In this document: piece after piece, positions 34,701-48,427 of the stretch
Numbering within the stretch: position 1 is the first letter of the stretch
How the letters are laid out: each line of letters starts with the position of its first letter
NCBI GenBank assembly: GCA_002269645.1
Contig: NIVC01002121.1
Coordinates: forward strand, 1 to 64,000
Length of the DNA: 64,000 nt
Reading direction: 5' to 3'
Source: Macrostomum lignano
Taxonomy: Eukaryota
Program-made: the position numbers and the translations under genes
The notes under the pieces: model-generated
Databases searched by the model: none
What the model was told of the DNA's origin: nothing
What the model saw: the letters and a program-made list of their open reading frames with translations, nothing else

Positions 34701-36238
34701 CCTACGTCGTAACTACAAAAGGACAGACCAACAACCGACTCATCAGGATGACACTCAAGATCCAGGATTACAACTACAAACTCGTCTACAAACCAGGAAT
34801 TACCAACAAAGCCGCGGACGCCCTGTCAAGAGCCTATGAAGTCAACGCCATTCATCCAATCCCTAACATCAAGGAGTTGGTGGATGAAACCGAGCGCGAC
34901 AACTTCTACCAAGTGGATAAAGACGACGACAAGAACATCAAACTCAGTCCCATGGAACGAAAATTCCTACGCAAGCAACGACAACACCTAACAATCAATA
35001 AGTCACGGCTCTACTGGATGAGCGACAATAAACCTAAGATCTACGTACCATATTCGTTTCGGCAAGCAATTCTCAACGAGCTGCACGACAACCCACTCGC
35101 CGGACACCTGTCGGCCGCAAAGACCATCGCGAGAGTGGAACAATACTACTTTTGGCCAACTATGTATGGCGACATCAAGCAGTATTGCAACAACTGCCAT
35201 TCATGTGCTGCATCATAGACAGGACGACGACAAAAACCACAGCTACAATCAATACCGAAGTCAACAACTATGGACTGTATCAGCATCGACATCACCGGAC
35301 CGCTGCCACCAAGCTGTATCCAGGGCATCGCCTACACCTACATTCTAACCGCCTTGGATATCTTCTCGAAGTTTGCTATCGCCATACCAATACCGGACAT
35401 CACAGCTCAGACAGTGGCAATGAGTTTCTTCAACGAAATCATTTGCAAGTACGGTACGCCGAAGAACCTCACATCGGACAACGGATCGCAGTTTACATCG
35501 CAACTGTTTCAGCAAGTCGTAAGGATTCTCAACATTACGCAGATCTACACATCGACCTACAATCCGAAGGCAAACATGGTTGAACGGTTTCACCGCAACC
35601 TGCACGAGATGATTACACATTTCGCGCACCAACAGCCGGAAGACTGGATCATCTACCTGCAATCAGTAACAATGGCCTACAACAGCGCTATTCATCGATC
35701 AACGGACAATACGCCATTCTTTCTGATGTTTGGACGAGACTTCCAGCCGCCAAATCTGCTCGCGCAACAACTACTACCGTCGCAGTACGTGGAAGTACCG
35801 ACTTCCATTCAAAAATTTGTCACGCAGCTACACCTAGCATGGAAGATCGCCAAGCACAATATTGACAACCAGGTGGCTCTGACCACCGGCAACGACGCGA
35901 GATCGACAACCCTGACGGCCGGCGACATCGTCTACCTACATTACCCGCCACAGCAGACGCATAAACATGCACAGAAGTACAAAGGACGCTATCGAGTGGT
36001 CCAACTAACGTCACCAACAACGGCACGCCTGGCTAATGTACAAGATCCACATCAGCACCAGTTCTACGTACACATTCATCGACTAAAGAAGATCAACACT
36101 GACACAGCGACGTTTCTACCGACACTAGACAACGCTGATCGCACGCGATCAACGAACCGCCACATCGCGACGAAGCACGAGGAGACTCAAACGACAGACG
36201 TGAGCCAGCCGCACGGCTACAACCTACGACCACGCTAA
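28751..36238 (+). pseudogene. Single Gag-Env-Pol reading frame (2,496 codons) with two amber stops (32216, 35216)
   Basis: One frame from gag ATG to integrase stop; TTG/CTG to TAG and AAG to TAG relative to other copies. Confidence 0.9.
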
Positions 36239-36358
36239 AGTTTCGAGAACAACCCCGTGTAGTGACCGGGATAAAGAATAGCACTACAGCTTCGCAAGCT
36301 TGTCGTAAAAGGCGACTAATCCGAGCGACACAAAGACAGCGACAAATTGACGACAATT

Positions 36359-37027
36359 ATGGGCAACGCACTGTCGAAACAGGCACCCCAACCTCAGCAG
36401 CTATATGACTGCCCGAAATGTTTAACTGATGACTTGGCTGTCAAGCCACCGACTATTTGCATCAACGAACATAAAGTTTGCGGACAATGTTTAAGCGATT
36501 CACATCATATTCAGCCATGGCAGAATTGTCCCCTCTGTAGAGATAGTTTGCGACAATGTGCCTATTGTTTTTCTTGGCGCACGTTTCAATATTGTAACCA
36601 CCAACATTTTATTTGCATGCACTGTTTGAAGCAAACCGCTAGTAGGGGCATTATAGGATGCCCCTTATGTAACAGTATGCCCCGCGAAAGCACTTTTAAG
36701 AAATGGTGTCGTATTATACCTGACCCAGCGCGTTGTTTATCAGTTTACACTATGCACACCTTAACCGCTATGAATATCGAACGACGGCTGGAGTTTTGGC
36801 CAGTACCTCGCTTCGTTCAGCGGTCGCGACGACAGCTACTATTATATGCTCATAGAAATCAAGGATTTTTGCGTCATATGTCACCCTTGGAGATTGAGCG
36901 ACATTTGCGGCAGTTTTTGCATGACCATGAATCATTTCACTGGACGCGACGCGTATACTGCCACGCGCTTAAACGATTAGTGCTCTCACGTAGCTATTTT
37001 ATTTGGCTTTTTAGGTCTCACCGATAG
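36359..37027 (+). CDS. RING-A
   Basis: Intact, near-identical to 9187-9855. Confidence 0.85.
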   Translation: MGNALSKQAPQPQQLYDCPKCLTDDLAVKPPTICINEHKVCGQCLSDSHHIQPWQNCPLCRDSLRQCAYCFSWRTFQYCNHQHFICMHCLKQTASRGIIGCPLCNSMPRESTFKKWCRIIPDPARCLSVYTMHTLTAMNIERRLEFWPVPRFVQRSRRQLLLYAHRNQGFLRHMSPLEIERHLRQFLHDHESFHWTRRVYCHALKRLVLSRSYFIWLFRSHR

Positions 37028-37097
37028 AACATATGCTTGTTACGTAACTTGAATAATCCTCAATCGTTCTAACTATACCTATACCTATCGCCCACAG

Positions 37098-37730
37098 ATG
37101 ACCGAGATGGATACCTGCCCTTGCTGCCTCGAGGCACGGGAGCCGATGCTCCCGAATTGTGAATGGGGGCACCAGGTGTGCTTCCCCTGCGACGAGCGGG
37201 CGCGAGAAATTGGCGACGTGACGATCCTTACCGCCTGCCCAGTCTGTCGCAGACCGCGGGTCCAATGTGCCCTTTGCGGCGACCAGCCCAATGTACGACT
37301 CTGTTCAAATCGGCATTGGGTGTGTTTCAGCTGTCTTCAGCGGTACGGTGCACGAGACATCATGACGTGCACCGTGTGCCTGGCTCCGCTGTCCAACACA
37401 GCGTCCGTACTACTGGCGCCGATGCTCGCCGTACCGGAGCTAACGCTGGCGGAGCCGGATGAGCTAACCCTGGAACAGCTGGCCGTCGCCGTACGAACGT
37501 GGCCATGGCCGCTTCAGCATCAGGCCGACTGGCGGTGGTTACTAGACATCGCCAGGACTATGGTGCGTACAGCAGAACCGCTTACGACCATAGAGGCCTA
37601 TCTGCTTTTGCTGGAGCGGACCGAGGATCCGCGATTCACTAAGTTTCAGTCGCTGTACTGGGCAGTGGCATCCCTGGTGGCGCGAACCACGCATCAGGTG
37701 AGCAGCCTGCTCAGGACAAGCTTCGGCTGA
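37098..37730 (+). CDS. RING-B (210 aa, intact)
   Basis: CAG|ATG start, tandem RING. Confidence 0.85.
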   Translation: MTEMDTCPCCLEAREPMLPNCEWGHQVCFPCDERAREIGDVTILTACPVCRRPRVQCALCGDQPNVRLCSNRHWVCFSCLQRYGARDIMTCTVCLAPLSNTASVLLAPMLAVPELTLAEPDELTLEQLAVAVRTWPWPLQHQADWRWLLDIARTMVRTAEPLTTIEAYLLLLERTEDPRFTKFQSLYWAVASLVARTTHQVSSLLRTSFG

Positions 37731-39749
37731 ATGCCTCGGCAGCAGCGCGAGGACAGCAGGTATCCCCGGCAGAAGATATGATTAACTTTAACTGAGCGTG
37801 GACTCAACACCACTAACCTTTATTAACACACAATGTATATTACGTGCAAATATGTTAATAAAGAGAATTATGTAACCAATTTAAAGTTAAAGTGTAGAAT
37901 AATTCAATTACCCAAGATTTTTATTTCATTGTTAAAACTCGGGACGAGTTTTTTCGTAAAAAAGGGAGATTTTGTAGAGTGTTCTGCCTCCCGCAAAAAC
38001 ATAAAAAAGAAGATAATCGTATAATACTACTATAAGTAAGTAAGTACACGCATGTGCGCCTAAGCTTTGAACGAATCACGCTACCAGAAAAAGATGTTAC
38101 CAGAATAATACGCCATGAGCCATTTTCCCCTTTTAGCGCAACACGTGAATTGTCATGATACTATTTTGGAGCAAAAAGTTGCCTATAAATACAAGCGATC
38201 TGAAGCGGTACCGGAGCCATTCTCCCCACGGAAGAGGAGCGCTCCGAAGAGGAAGCCTTAGGAGGACTTCCTGACATACCAAGTCAATCGAGACTCGGTC
38301 GAGTTGTTGCGGTAAGCCTTCCTTATTTGCGCCCGTTGTGTTAGAGACGTCTCGCTCAAGTCTATTGAGACTTGAGTTCATTTGAGTCTGTTGAGACTCT
38401 TGAGTCTGTTTAGACTCCACTGGTTGCAGTCTCCAGAAGGACTGCCCCTGATAGATCTTAGAGGACTATCAGAGGTTTCCGGAGCTATACCTAGAGTGCA
38501 GAGAGGCACTGCTAGAAGAAGGAGGCTTAAATTAGACCGCAGTTTGGCGCAGGGATCCCATTGTTAATTCGGAAGCTTCCCATTGGTCCGAGCGACAGAA
38601 TCCGGCCGGAACTATTTGAAGAAGAAAGAAGAATCGGACCCGATCTACAAACGAAAGTCAGAAGTGACTACACCTGCAACTAAAGCAAATCGAGAACTAC
38701 TCCGAGAGATCTCCAAAGGACTCAAGGTAATTGAATACCTTCTGTTGACTTACTGGGTTGCCTAGCTATTGAGCTAGAAGTGATTGTTCCTTGATTATCA
38801 AGAGTCGGGTAATAAGGAACACATCACTATTCCTAGAGTGCATATAGGCACTGCTAGAAGAAGGAGGCTTAATTAAGACCGCAGTTTGGCGCAGGGTACC
38901 CATTCTAATTGGAAGCTTCCCATTGGTCCGAACCACAGACGCCGGCCGGCACAAGACACAGAAGGAACTCGGACCCGGACTTCAGAGACAAGTCGGACGA
39001 CAGGCCTGATCGACAGATCTGTGACGAGATCTACGCGAGATCTTCAAGGACTCAAAAGAAGAGATCTACACATCCGGATTAAAGGTAATTGAATACCTTC
39101 TGCTGACTTACTGGGTTGCCTAGCTACAAAGCTAGAAGTGATTGTTCCTTGATTACAGTTGAGGACTGGTAATAAGGAACACGTCAATACAGTGCACAGT
39201 GTGTATGTCCCAATTGACCGGCTCAGCGTCTCTCCTGCTGGCGACCATGACAGCAATACCGGAGCTGACGTTGAGCGAGCCGGACACACTAACCCTGGAG
39301 CAGCTGGCCGTCGCCGTCAGAACGTGGCCATGGCCGCCCCAGCATCAGGCCTCCTGGCGAAGGCTACTCGACATCGCCAGAGCAATGGCGCGTGAGAGCG
39401 TGGAGCTCACGGCCATAGATGCCTACTTAACATTGCTGGAGCGGACCGAGGATCCGAGGTTCACATGTTTTCAGCCGCTCTTCTGGTCAATAGCGTGCCT
39501 GGCGGCCAGAACAGCCCGCCAGGTCGGCAGGCTGCTCGAAATAAGTTTCGGCTGAGCATCGAGGTGGAGAGACGAGGAAGGTGTTTTCAATGGCAATTGT
39601 GACTGAACGGACTCGAAGCAAGACACTATTAACACCTTTACTACAGCTACACTGTATGGAATTGAAGTTCCGAAATATATTCAATTATGCTGATATTCTT
39701 ATGCTAAATTAAAACTCAAGACGAGTTTTTTTGCGAAAAAGGGAGAATT

Positions 39750-40828
39750 TGTAGAGTGTTCTACCTCCCACAAAAGTAGAATAGAAATTATAGAATACTA
39801 CTATAAGTAAGCTAATGCAGGCATGCGCACCTAAAAGATAATTCGTGATACTAATTTTAGCAACCTATCAATCATGCGTGACCTACAATTGTCAAGTTGA
39901 ACCCCATCTGTGATTCATCATTGGTCACGTGCAACTACGATTGTCAAGTTAAACCGCATCTGCGATTCATCATTGGCGTGAACTCAGATGAACCCATCAA
40001 AGTATCTAAAAATAGCTCAGCTACGGTAATCAATCATGCGCGCTTACACTAGACTAGTTGCTTAACTTTCTACCCTGTCATGCTTGACAGCAACCAAAGC
40101 GTGACCCTTTGACATTACGAAAAAGGTGATGAACGACCTCACGAGGGGCCGTTTCTCTATAAATACAAGCGGACCAAAGCGGTACCAGAGTCAACTCCCG
40201 ACGATAGGAGAAGCTCCGAAGAGGGTGTCTTTAGGAAGATTCCCTGATCCACCAGTCGAACGAAAGACTTGGTCGAGTGTTGCGGTAAGCCTTTCTTATT
40301 TGCGCCAGTTGTTGTTAGAGACGTCTCGCTCGCTATTGAGACTCGAGTTCATTAAAGTCTATTGAGACTTTTGAGTCTGTTGAGACTCCCTTGGCTGTAG
40401 TCGCTCGAAGGACTACCCAAGTAGATCTTAGAGGAACTACTAGAGATATCCGGAGCATTACCTAGAGTGCATAAAGGCACTACTAGAAGAAGAAGGCTTA
40501 ATAGAAACCGCTATTTGGCGCAGGGATCCCATTGTTAATACGAGGCCTCTGATTGGTCCTGACTGAGGATACCGGGCGGAAGTCAATTCATCGGAAGTAC
40601 AAGAAGAACCAGGACCAGAACCAAAGAGGAGACAAGGCGCCTGATCTACGGATCATTTGAGACCAGAACTACTAGTGACTAAATCTACAGCGAGATCTAA
40701 GAAGAGTACTCAACGGAGGATCAACTAAAGGTAAGTGATACCTTTCTCTGATTACTGGGTTGCCTAGCAAAGTAGCTAGAAGTGATTGTTCCTTGATTAT
40801 CAAAGGACTGGTAATAAGGAACACATCA
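39750..40828 (+). repeat. Family-G 3' LTR, subtype C
   Basis: PPT then TGTAGAG...CATCA; third U3 type. Confidence 0.9.
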
Positions 40829-43800
40829 AACAAGAAAGTTTCGACGAAATCAAACGACAGCTGACATCAGACAAACTGCTACAGCATCCGGACTTCGACA
40901 AACCCTTAATTGAGACAGACGCTTCAGGAACGGGACTCGGAGCAGTCCTACTACAGGAAACCGAAGACAAGAAGGAACGACCTATTGCCTACGTCAGTCG
41001 AGCACTCAAAACAAATGAAACAAAGTGGTCAGCTACGGAACGAGAGCTACTAGGAGTCTTGTTCCCCCTGCGACAGTTTCATTACTACATCTATGGTTCT
41101 CCAATACAGACGATAGCACGCACGGATCATGCACCATTAACCTACGTCGTAACTACGAAAGGACAGACCAACAACCGACTCATCAGGATGACACTCAAGA
41201 TCCAGGATTACAACTACAAACTCGTCTACAAACCAGGAATTACCAACAAAGCCGCGGACGCTCTGTCAAGAGCCTACGAAGTCAACGCCATTCATCCAAT
41301 TCCTAACATCAAAAGAGTTGATGGATGAAACGGAAAACGACAACTTCTACAAGGCGGTCAAAACCTACGACAAAAACATCAAACTCAATCCCATGGAACG
41401 AAAATTCCTACGCAAGCAACGACAACACCTAACAATCAATAAGTCACGGCTCTACTGGATGAGCGACAATAAACCCAAGATCTACGTGCCATATTCGTTT
41501 CGGCAAGCAATTCTCAACGAGCTGCACGACAACCCACTCGCTGGACACCTGTCGGCAGCAAAGACCATCGCGAGAGTGGAACAATATTACTTTTGGCCAA
41601 CAATGTACGGCGACATAAAGCAGTATTGCAACAACTGCCATTCATGCGCAGCATCAAAGACAGGACGACGACAGAAACCGCAGCTACAGTCCATTCCGAA
41701 GTCGACCAAAATTGACTGTCTAAGCATTGACATCACCGGACCGCTACCACCGAGCTGTCTCCAGGGCATCGCCTACACCTACATCCTAACCGCCTTGGAC
41801 ATCTTCTCGAAGTTTGCTATCGCCATACCGATACCGGAAATCACAGCCCAGACGGTGGCAATGAGCTTTTTCAACGACATCATTTGCAAGTACGGCACGC
41901 CGAAGAACCTCACATCGGACAACGGATCGCAGTTTACGTCTCAACTGTTTCAGCAAGTCGTAAAGATTCTCAACATCACGCAAATCTACACGTCAACGTA
42001 CAACCCGAAGGCTAATATGGTGGAAAGGTTTCACCGCAACCTGCACGAGATGATTACACATTTCGCGCACCAACAGCCGGAAGACTGGATCATCTACCTG
42101 CAATCTGTAACAATGGCCTACAACAGCGCTATTCATCGATCAACGGACAACACGCCATTCTTCCTAATGTTTGGACGAGACTTCCAGCCGCCAAATTTGC
42201 TCGCACAGCAATTACTACCATCGCAGTACGTGGAAGTACCGACTTCCATTCAAAAATTCGTCACGCAACTACACCTTGCATGGAAGATCGCCAAGCACAA
42301 TATTGACAACCAGGTGGCTCTGACCACCGGCAACGACGCGAGATCGACAACCCTGACGGCCGGCGATATCGTCTACCTGCACTACCCGCCACAACAGACG
42401 CATAAACATGCACAGAAGTACAAAGGACCCTATCGAGTGGTCCAACTAACGTCACCAACAACGGCACGCCTGGCTAATGTACAAGATCCACATCAGCACC
42501 AATTCTACGTACACATTCATCGACTAAAGAAGATCAGTACCGACAAAGCAACGTTTCTACCGTCACTGGACAACGCTGATCGCACGCGATCAACGAACCG
42601 CCACATCGCGACGAAGCACGAGGAGACTCAAACGACAGACGTGAGCCAGCCGCACGGCTACAACCTACGACCACGCTAAAGTTTCAAGAACAAACCCGTG
42701 TAGAGACCGGGTCAGAATAGCTCTACAGCTTCGCAAGCTTGTCGTAAGAGGCGACTAATCCGAGCGACTTAAGACTACAAGACTACAAGTGGCGACAATT
42801 ATGGGCAACGCACTGTCGAAACAGGCGCCCCAGCCTCAGCAGCTATATGACTGGCCGGTATGTTTAGCTGATGACTTGGCTGTCAAGCCACCGACTATTT
42901 GCATCAATGAACACAAAGTTTGCGGACAATGTTTAAGCGATTCTCATTATATTCAGCCATGGCAGAATTGTCCCCTCTGTAGAAGTATTCTACGACAGTG
43001 CGCCTATTGTAATTCTTGGCGCACGTTTCAATACTGTAACCAAGAACATTTTATTTGCATGCACTGTTTGAAGCAAACCGCTAGTAGGGGCCTTATAGGA
43101 TGCCCCTTATGTAATAGTATGCCCCGCGAAAGCACCTTTAAGAAATGGTGTCGCATTACACCGGAACCAACGCGTTGCTTATCAGTTTATGATATGCACA
43201 CTTTAACCGCCATAAGTATCGAGCGGCGACTGGAGTTTTGGCCAGTACCTCGCTTCGTCCGGCGGTCGCGTAGACAATTACTACTATACGCTCATAACAA
43301 TCAAGGAATTTTGCGTCATATGTCACCTGTGAAGATTGAACGACATTTCCGACAATTTTTGCACGCTCATAATGCGTTTCACTGGACATTACATGTATAC
43401 TGCCACGTGCTTAAACGATTAGTTCTCTCACGTAGTTGTTTCATATGGCTTTTCCGGTCTCGCCAGTAGAACATATACTTGTTACGTATCTCGAATAATC
43501 CTCAATCGTTCTAACTACAACTACACCTATCGCCCACAGATGGCCGAGATGGATACCTGTCCCTGCTGCCTCGAGGCACGGGAGCCGAGGCTCCCGACTT
43601 GTGAATGGGGGCACCAGGTGTGCTTCCCCTGCGACGAACGGGCTCGAGCAATTGGCGAGGTGACGATTCTTTCCGCCTGCCCGGTCTGTCGCAGGCCGCG
43701 GGTCCAATGTGCCCTTTGCGGTGACCAGCCCAATGTCCAAGTCTGTACGAATCGGCATTGGGTGTGTTTCAGCTGTCTTCAGCGGTACGGGGCACGTGAC

Positions 43801-45255
43801 ATCATGACATGCACCGTGTGTCTGGCTCCGCTGACCAACACAGCGTCTGTGCTGTTGGCGCCGATGCTCGCTGTCCCAGAGCTGACGTTGGCGGAGCCGG
43901 ATGAGCTAACCCTGGAGCAGCTGGCCGTCGCCGTACGAACGTGGCCTGGCCATGGCCGCTTAAGCATCAGGCCGACTGGCGGATGCTGCTAAACATCGCC
44001 AGGACTATGGTGCGTACAGTAGAACCACTTACGACCATAGAGGCCTATCTGCTTTTGCTGGAGCGGACCGAGGATCCGCGATTCACTAAGTTTCAGTCGC
44101 TGTACTGGGCAGTGGCATCCCTGGTGGCGCGAACCGCACATCAGGTGAGCAGCCTGCTCAGGACAAACTTCGGCTGAATGCCTCAGCAGCAACGCGAGGA
44201 CAACAGGTATCCCCGGAGTAACGGACAAGTAACTGAACATAGACTTAACAGTACTAACCCTTATTAACACGCAATTTATGATACGAGTAAATATATAAAC
44301 AGTCTTACGTGTAAAGTGTACAATAATTCACCCAACCGATTTTCTTGTTTCATTGTTAAAACTCGGGACGAGTTTTTCCTAAAAAAGGGAGATTTTGTAG
44401 AGTGTTCTACCTCCCATTAAAAAAAGGTTAAAAGAAGATAATCGTATAATGCTACTATAAGTAAGTAAGTACACGCATGCGCGCCTAAGCTTTGAATGAA
44501 TCACGCTACCAGGAAAAGATGTTACCAAAATGATACGCCATGAGCCATTTTCCCCTTTTAGCGCAACACGTGGATTGTAATGATGCTATTTTGGATCAAA
44601 AAGTTGCCTATAAATACAAGCGGTCCGAAGCGGACCAGGAGCCAACTCCCGACGAGAGGAGAAGCTCCGAAGAGGAAGCCTTTAGGAGGACTTCCTGATC
44701 ACCAAGTCAATCGAGACTCGGTCGAGTTGTTGCGGTAAGCCTTCCTTATTTGCGCCCGTTGTGTTAGAGACGTCTCGCTCAAGTCTATTGAGACTTGAGT
44801 CTATTTGAGTCTGTTGAGACTCTTGAGTTTGTTGTTGAGACTCCATTGGTTGCAGTCTCCAGAAGGACTGCCCCTGATAGATCTTAGAGGACTATCAGAG
44901 GTTTCCGGAGCCATACCTAGAGTGCAGAGAGGCACTACTAGAAGAAGAAGGCTTAATTCAGACCGCAGTTTTGGCGCAGGGATCCCATTGTTAATTCGGA
45001 AGCTTCCCATTGGTCCGAGCGACAGAATCCGGCCGGAACTATTTGAAGAAGAAAGAAGAATTGGACCCGATCTACCAACGAAAGTCAGAAGTGACTGTAC
45101 GAGATCAACTAAAACTAATCGAGAGCTACTCCGAGAGATCTCCAAAGGACTCAAGGTAATTGAATACCTTCTGTTGACTTACTGGGTTGCCTAGCTACTG
45201 AGCTAGAAGTGATTGTTCCTTGATTATCGAAAGTCGGGTAATAAGGAACACATCA
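40829..45255 (+). mobile_element. 3' remnant of family G: RH-IN (40829-42679, frameshifted), pseudoknot, RING-A (42801-43469), RING-B (43540-44177, 5-bp duplication), LTR A (44396-45255)
   Basis: Collinear with copy 1; begins abruptly at the preceding LTR end. Confidence 0.9.
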
Positions 45256-46582
45256 GCGCTAACCCTGGAGCAGCTGGCCGTCGCCGTAAGAACGTGGCCA
45301 TGGCCGCTCCAGCATCAGGCTGACTGGCGGTGGCTGCTAGACATCGCCAGGACTATGGTGCGTGCAGAAGAACCGCAGAAGAGCTGGAGCGGACCGAGGA
45401 TCCGCGATTCACGAAGTTTCAGTCGCTGTACTGGGCGGTGGCATGCCTGGCGGCGCGGACGGTGCAACAGGTGTGCAGTCTGCTCAGGACAAGCTTCAGC
45501 TGAATGCCTCGGCAGCAACGCGAGGACAGCAGGTATCTCCGGCAGATAAGTGACAGCAACTGAGCACAGACTCAAAAATACTAACCATTATTAACAAACA
45601 ATGTACATTATATGTTAATAGAAGAATAAAATGTAAATGGTCTCACGCTTTAAGTGTAAAATACTTAACCACGCCGATTTCTTATGTCCTTGTTAAAACT
45701 CGGGACGATTATTTTCGTAAAAAAGGGAGATTTTGTAGAGTGTTCTACCTCCCGTTAAAAAGGTAAAAAAAGATAATCGTATAATGCTACTATAACTAAG
45801 TAAGTACACGCATGTGCGCCTAAGCTTTGAATGAATCACGCTACCAGGAAAAGATGTTACCAAAATGATACGCCATGAGCCATTTTCCCCTTTTAGCGCA
45901 ACACGTGGATTGTAATAATGCTATTTTGGATCAAAAAGTTGCCTATAAATACAAGCGATCTGAAGCGGTACCGGAGTCATACTCCCGACGAGAGGAGAAG
46001 CTCCGAAGAGGAAGCCTTAGCACGACTTCCTGATCAACCTGTCAATCAAGACTCGGTCGAAGTATTGCGGTAAGCCTTCCTTATTTGCGCCCGTTGTGTT
46101 AGAGACGTCTCGCTCAAGTCTAGTGGAACTTGAGTTTTTTTTAGTCTGTTGAGACTCTTGAGTCTGTTTAGACTCCACTGGTTGCAGTCTCCAGAAGGAC
46201 TGCCCCTGATAGATTTTAGGAGACTATCAGTGGTTTCCGGAGCTATACCTAGAGTGCATAGAGGCCCTGCCAGAAGAAGGAGGCTTAATTAACACCGCAG
46301 TTTGGTGCAGGGATCCTATTGTTAATTTGGAAGCTTCCAATTGGTCCGAGCAACAGAATCCGGCCGGAACTATTTGAAGAAGGAAAGAAGACTCGGACCC
46401 GAACTACGAACGACAGTCACAAGAGACTACAGACGAGATCTACCCGAGATCGACATTGAAGAGACACTTCATAAGGACTCAAGGTAATTGAATACCTTCT
46501 GTTGGCTTACTGGGTTGCCTAGCTACTGAGCTAGAAGTGATTGTTCCTTGATTATCGAAGTCGGGTAATAAGGAACACATCA
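45256..46582 (+). mobile_element. Short 3' remnant: RING-B tail, PPT, LTR A (45734-46582)
   Basis: LTLEQLAVAVRTWPWP... directly after an LTR end. Confidence 0.9.
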
Positions 46583-46852
46583 TCAGGCATAGTTCAGAAT
46601 TCCCCTAACTAACCAATTAACACGCTTCCAACACTGCCCCCAACTCCTTCCCGACGATATCATCCTCTGCATTATCCTACTGGCACTCTTTGCACTATTA
46701 CAAATTCTACAGAATTTAGCATCATTTGGTTAATCATTTCTTCAGCGTCATCGAAACTACTTGCAGGACCGACACTCCGCACATCCAGCTTTTGATGTCT
46801 CGGAAACTTCATAATACAGTAAATACTTTTAATCGTTTACTCTAATTTAAAC

Positions 46853-47741
46853 ATGAACATATTCAGGCAAATGCGCATCGACATCCAGGGCCTTACTGCT
46901 TTTGATGATAATCCGTTATTCAACTACCTGTGTGAAACGTACTATTGCCCACATCGTCGTAATTTCATTTATTATCACCCCTCCTATCTTTCGCCCTTCC
47001 CGTTTCCTCGAACTGCCATTCCAGGTTTCCTTGCTTTACGATCTATTCAACTGTAACGGACGTCTCTCTCTCACCTCCGATTTCGCCTTTACCATCACTG
47101 AGTCCTACCTACGCCACAAATCCAACTCCTGCCAATGTTCTATCCCGGGACAGATAGATAATATTCTATTCCACATCGAGGGCCTCCATACCCCACCCCT
47201 GCGAGGAACCTTTAAGTCTGCTATCGTCGAGCTAGCATTCCACCGCCAGGAGTTCGAGGTGCTCTTCCGCACCCTGCGTTGTGTCAATTTCCACACCGCC
47301 AATCCTCTCAACTACGAATATCTCCGCCGAGTGTACCGTAACAAACTCGATGACATGGAATGTGAACGATATGATCAATTGCTCCAGAGCTTTGTTCCCC
47401 CCGTTTCCGACTCACCCTCGAGCCTGTTTAACCTTGCCTTACACCAACTCCGCCACCACTTCTGGTCGACCTGGACTCGCCATCGCAGCAGTCCTAGGGG
47501 TCAGGCCATTGAAGCCTACTTCCTCACCCTTCCCCGGTTTCATCGGGAACACATTGTTGGTCACCCTGAGTTCGTCGACGACCCCTGTTTTGACGTCAGC
47601 GATTCCCCTTGCCCCAATCTCGAAGGCAAATCACTCGTGTCGCGGAAAACGGTTCACCCCGCGACTACCGCTGGCTGGTCCGACGCTTGGATTGCCTCCG
47701 CATACGGTGGTCGCCTTAATTACCTTATTCCCTCCCCCTAA
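46853..47741 (+). pseudogene. ORF-X, unknown ~290-aa protein (frameshifted near 47020) of another repeat family
   Basis: Homologues at 59854-61081 and a tail at ~53440 with protein-level conservation (AYGGRLNYLIP / AHGGRLSYIIP). Confidence 0.55.
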
Positions 47742-48427
47742 GCCGCAATTTCTATGGCCTCAGCACCAAACCCCCTCGGGCCCTGTAAATATACTATACT
47801 CTCTCATTGTCTTTTGAGTACAGTTTCATTTCCAACTCACTTTCTGTTACCTTCGCAGCTGCATTGTGTAAACACTATTTTGAAAATGTTCATTTGGTCG
47901 ACAAAAATTATAAAATTCAAAACCTCAAAAAGCACGTCTCCATTTATTCTTCTTCGCTTCATCTATGCTAGCCGATTCACATAGTATTTTCGTAGCCTGC
48001 GACAAACTCAAAATGATCATTAGATCGCAAAAAAAAAATAAAACTTGAAAATACAAAAAACAATGCATCTGCTTCTCATTTCTTTTGTATAATCCGTAGT
48101 GCTATTAACTTGTTAAATTTGCGAAATGATCAGTCCGATCAATAAAAAATTATAAAATTTCAAAAATTTAAAATAGCAAATTTACAAAATTACAAAAAAC
48201 AATACTCTACGCTTGCTTATAATTGGGAGATCAACCCCTAGCTGAAACTCGTCAGAAATTCAAAATTCAAATTCGCAATTTAAAAGCCAGAACAAATTCT
48301 CAAAAGAAAACTGCCAAATTCTAAGAAGAAAACTGCCGAATTCATGAAAAGAAAACTGCCGATTTCAATGATACAAATTCGATTTTATTGGCCACCACTG
48401 ATGTCCGTCTAGTCCAACATTCAAAAG

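Larger units (their letters stand above)
27190..38826 (+). mobile_element. Full-length family-G element, copy 2
   Basis: 854-bp LTRs at 27190-28043 and 37973-38826 (at least 2 substitutions apart), TSD CTAT/CTAT. Confidence 0.95.
26478..39186 (+). mobile_element. Subtype-B solo LTR (26478-27189 plus 38831-39186) split by copy 2
   Basis: TSD ATAC at 26474-26477 and 39187-39190. Confidence 0.9.
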
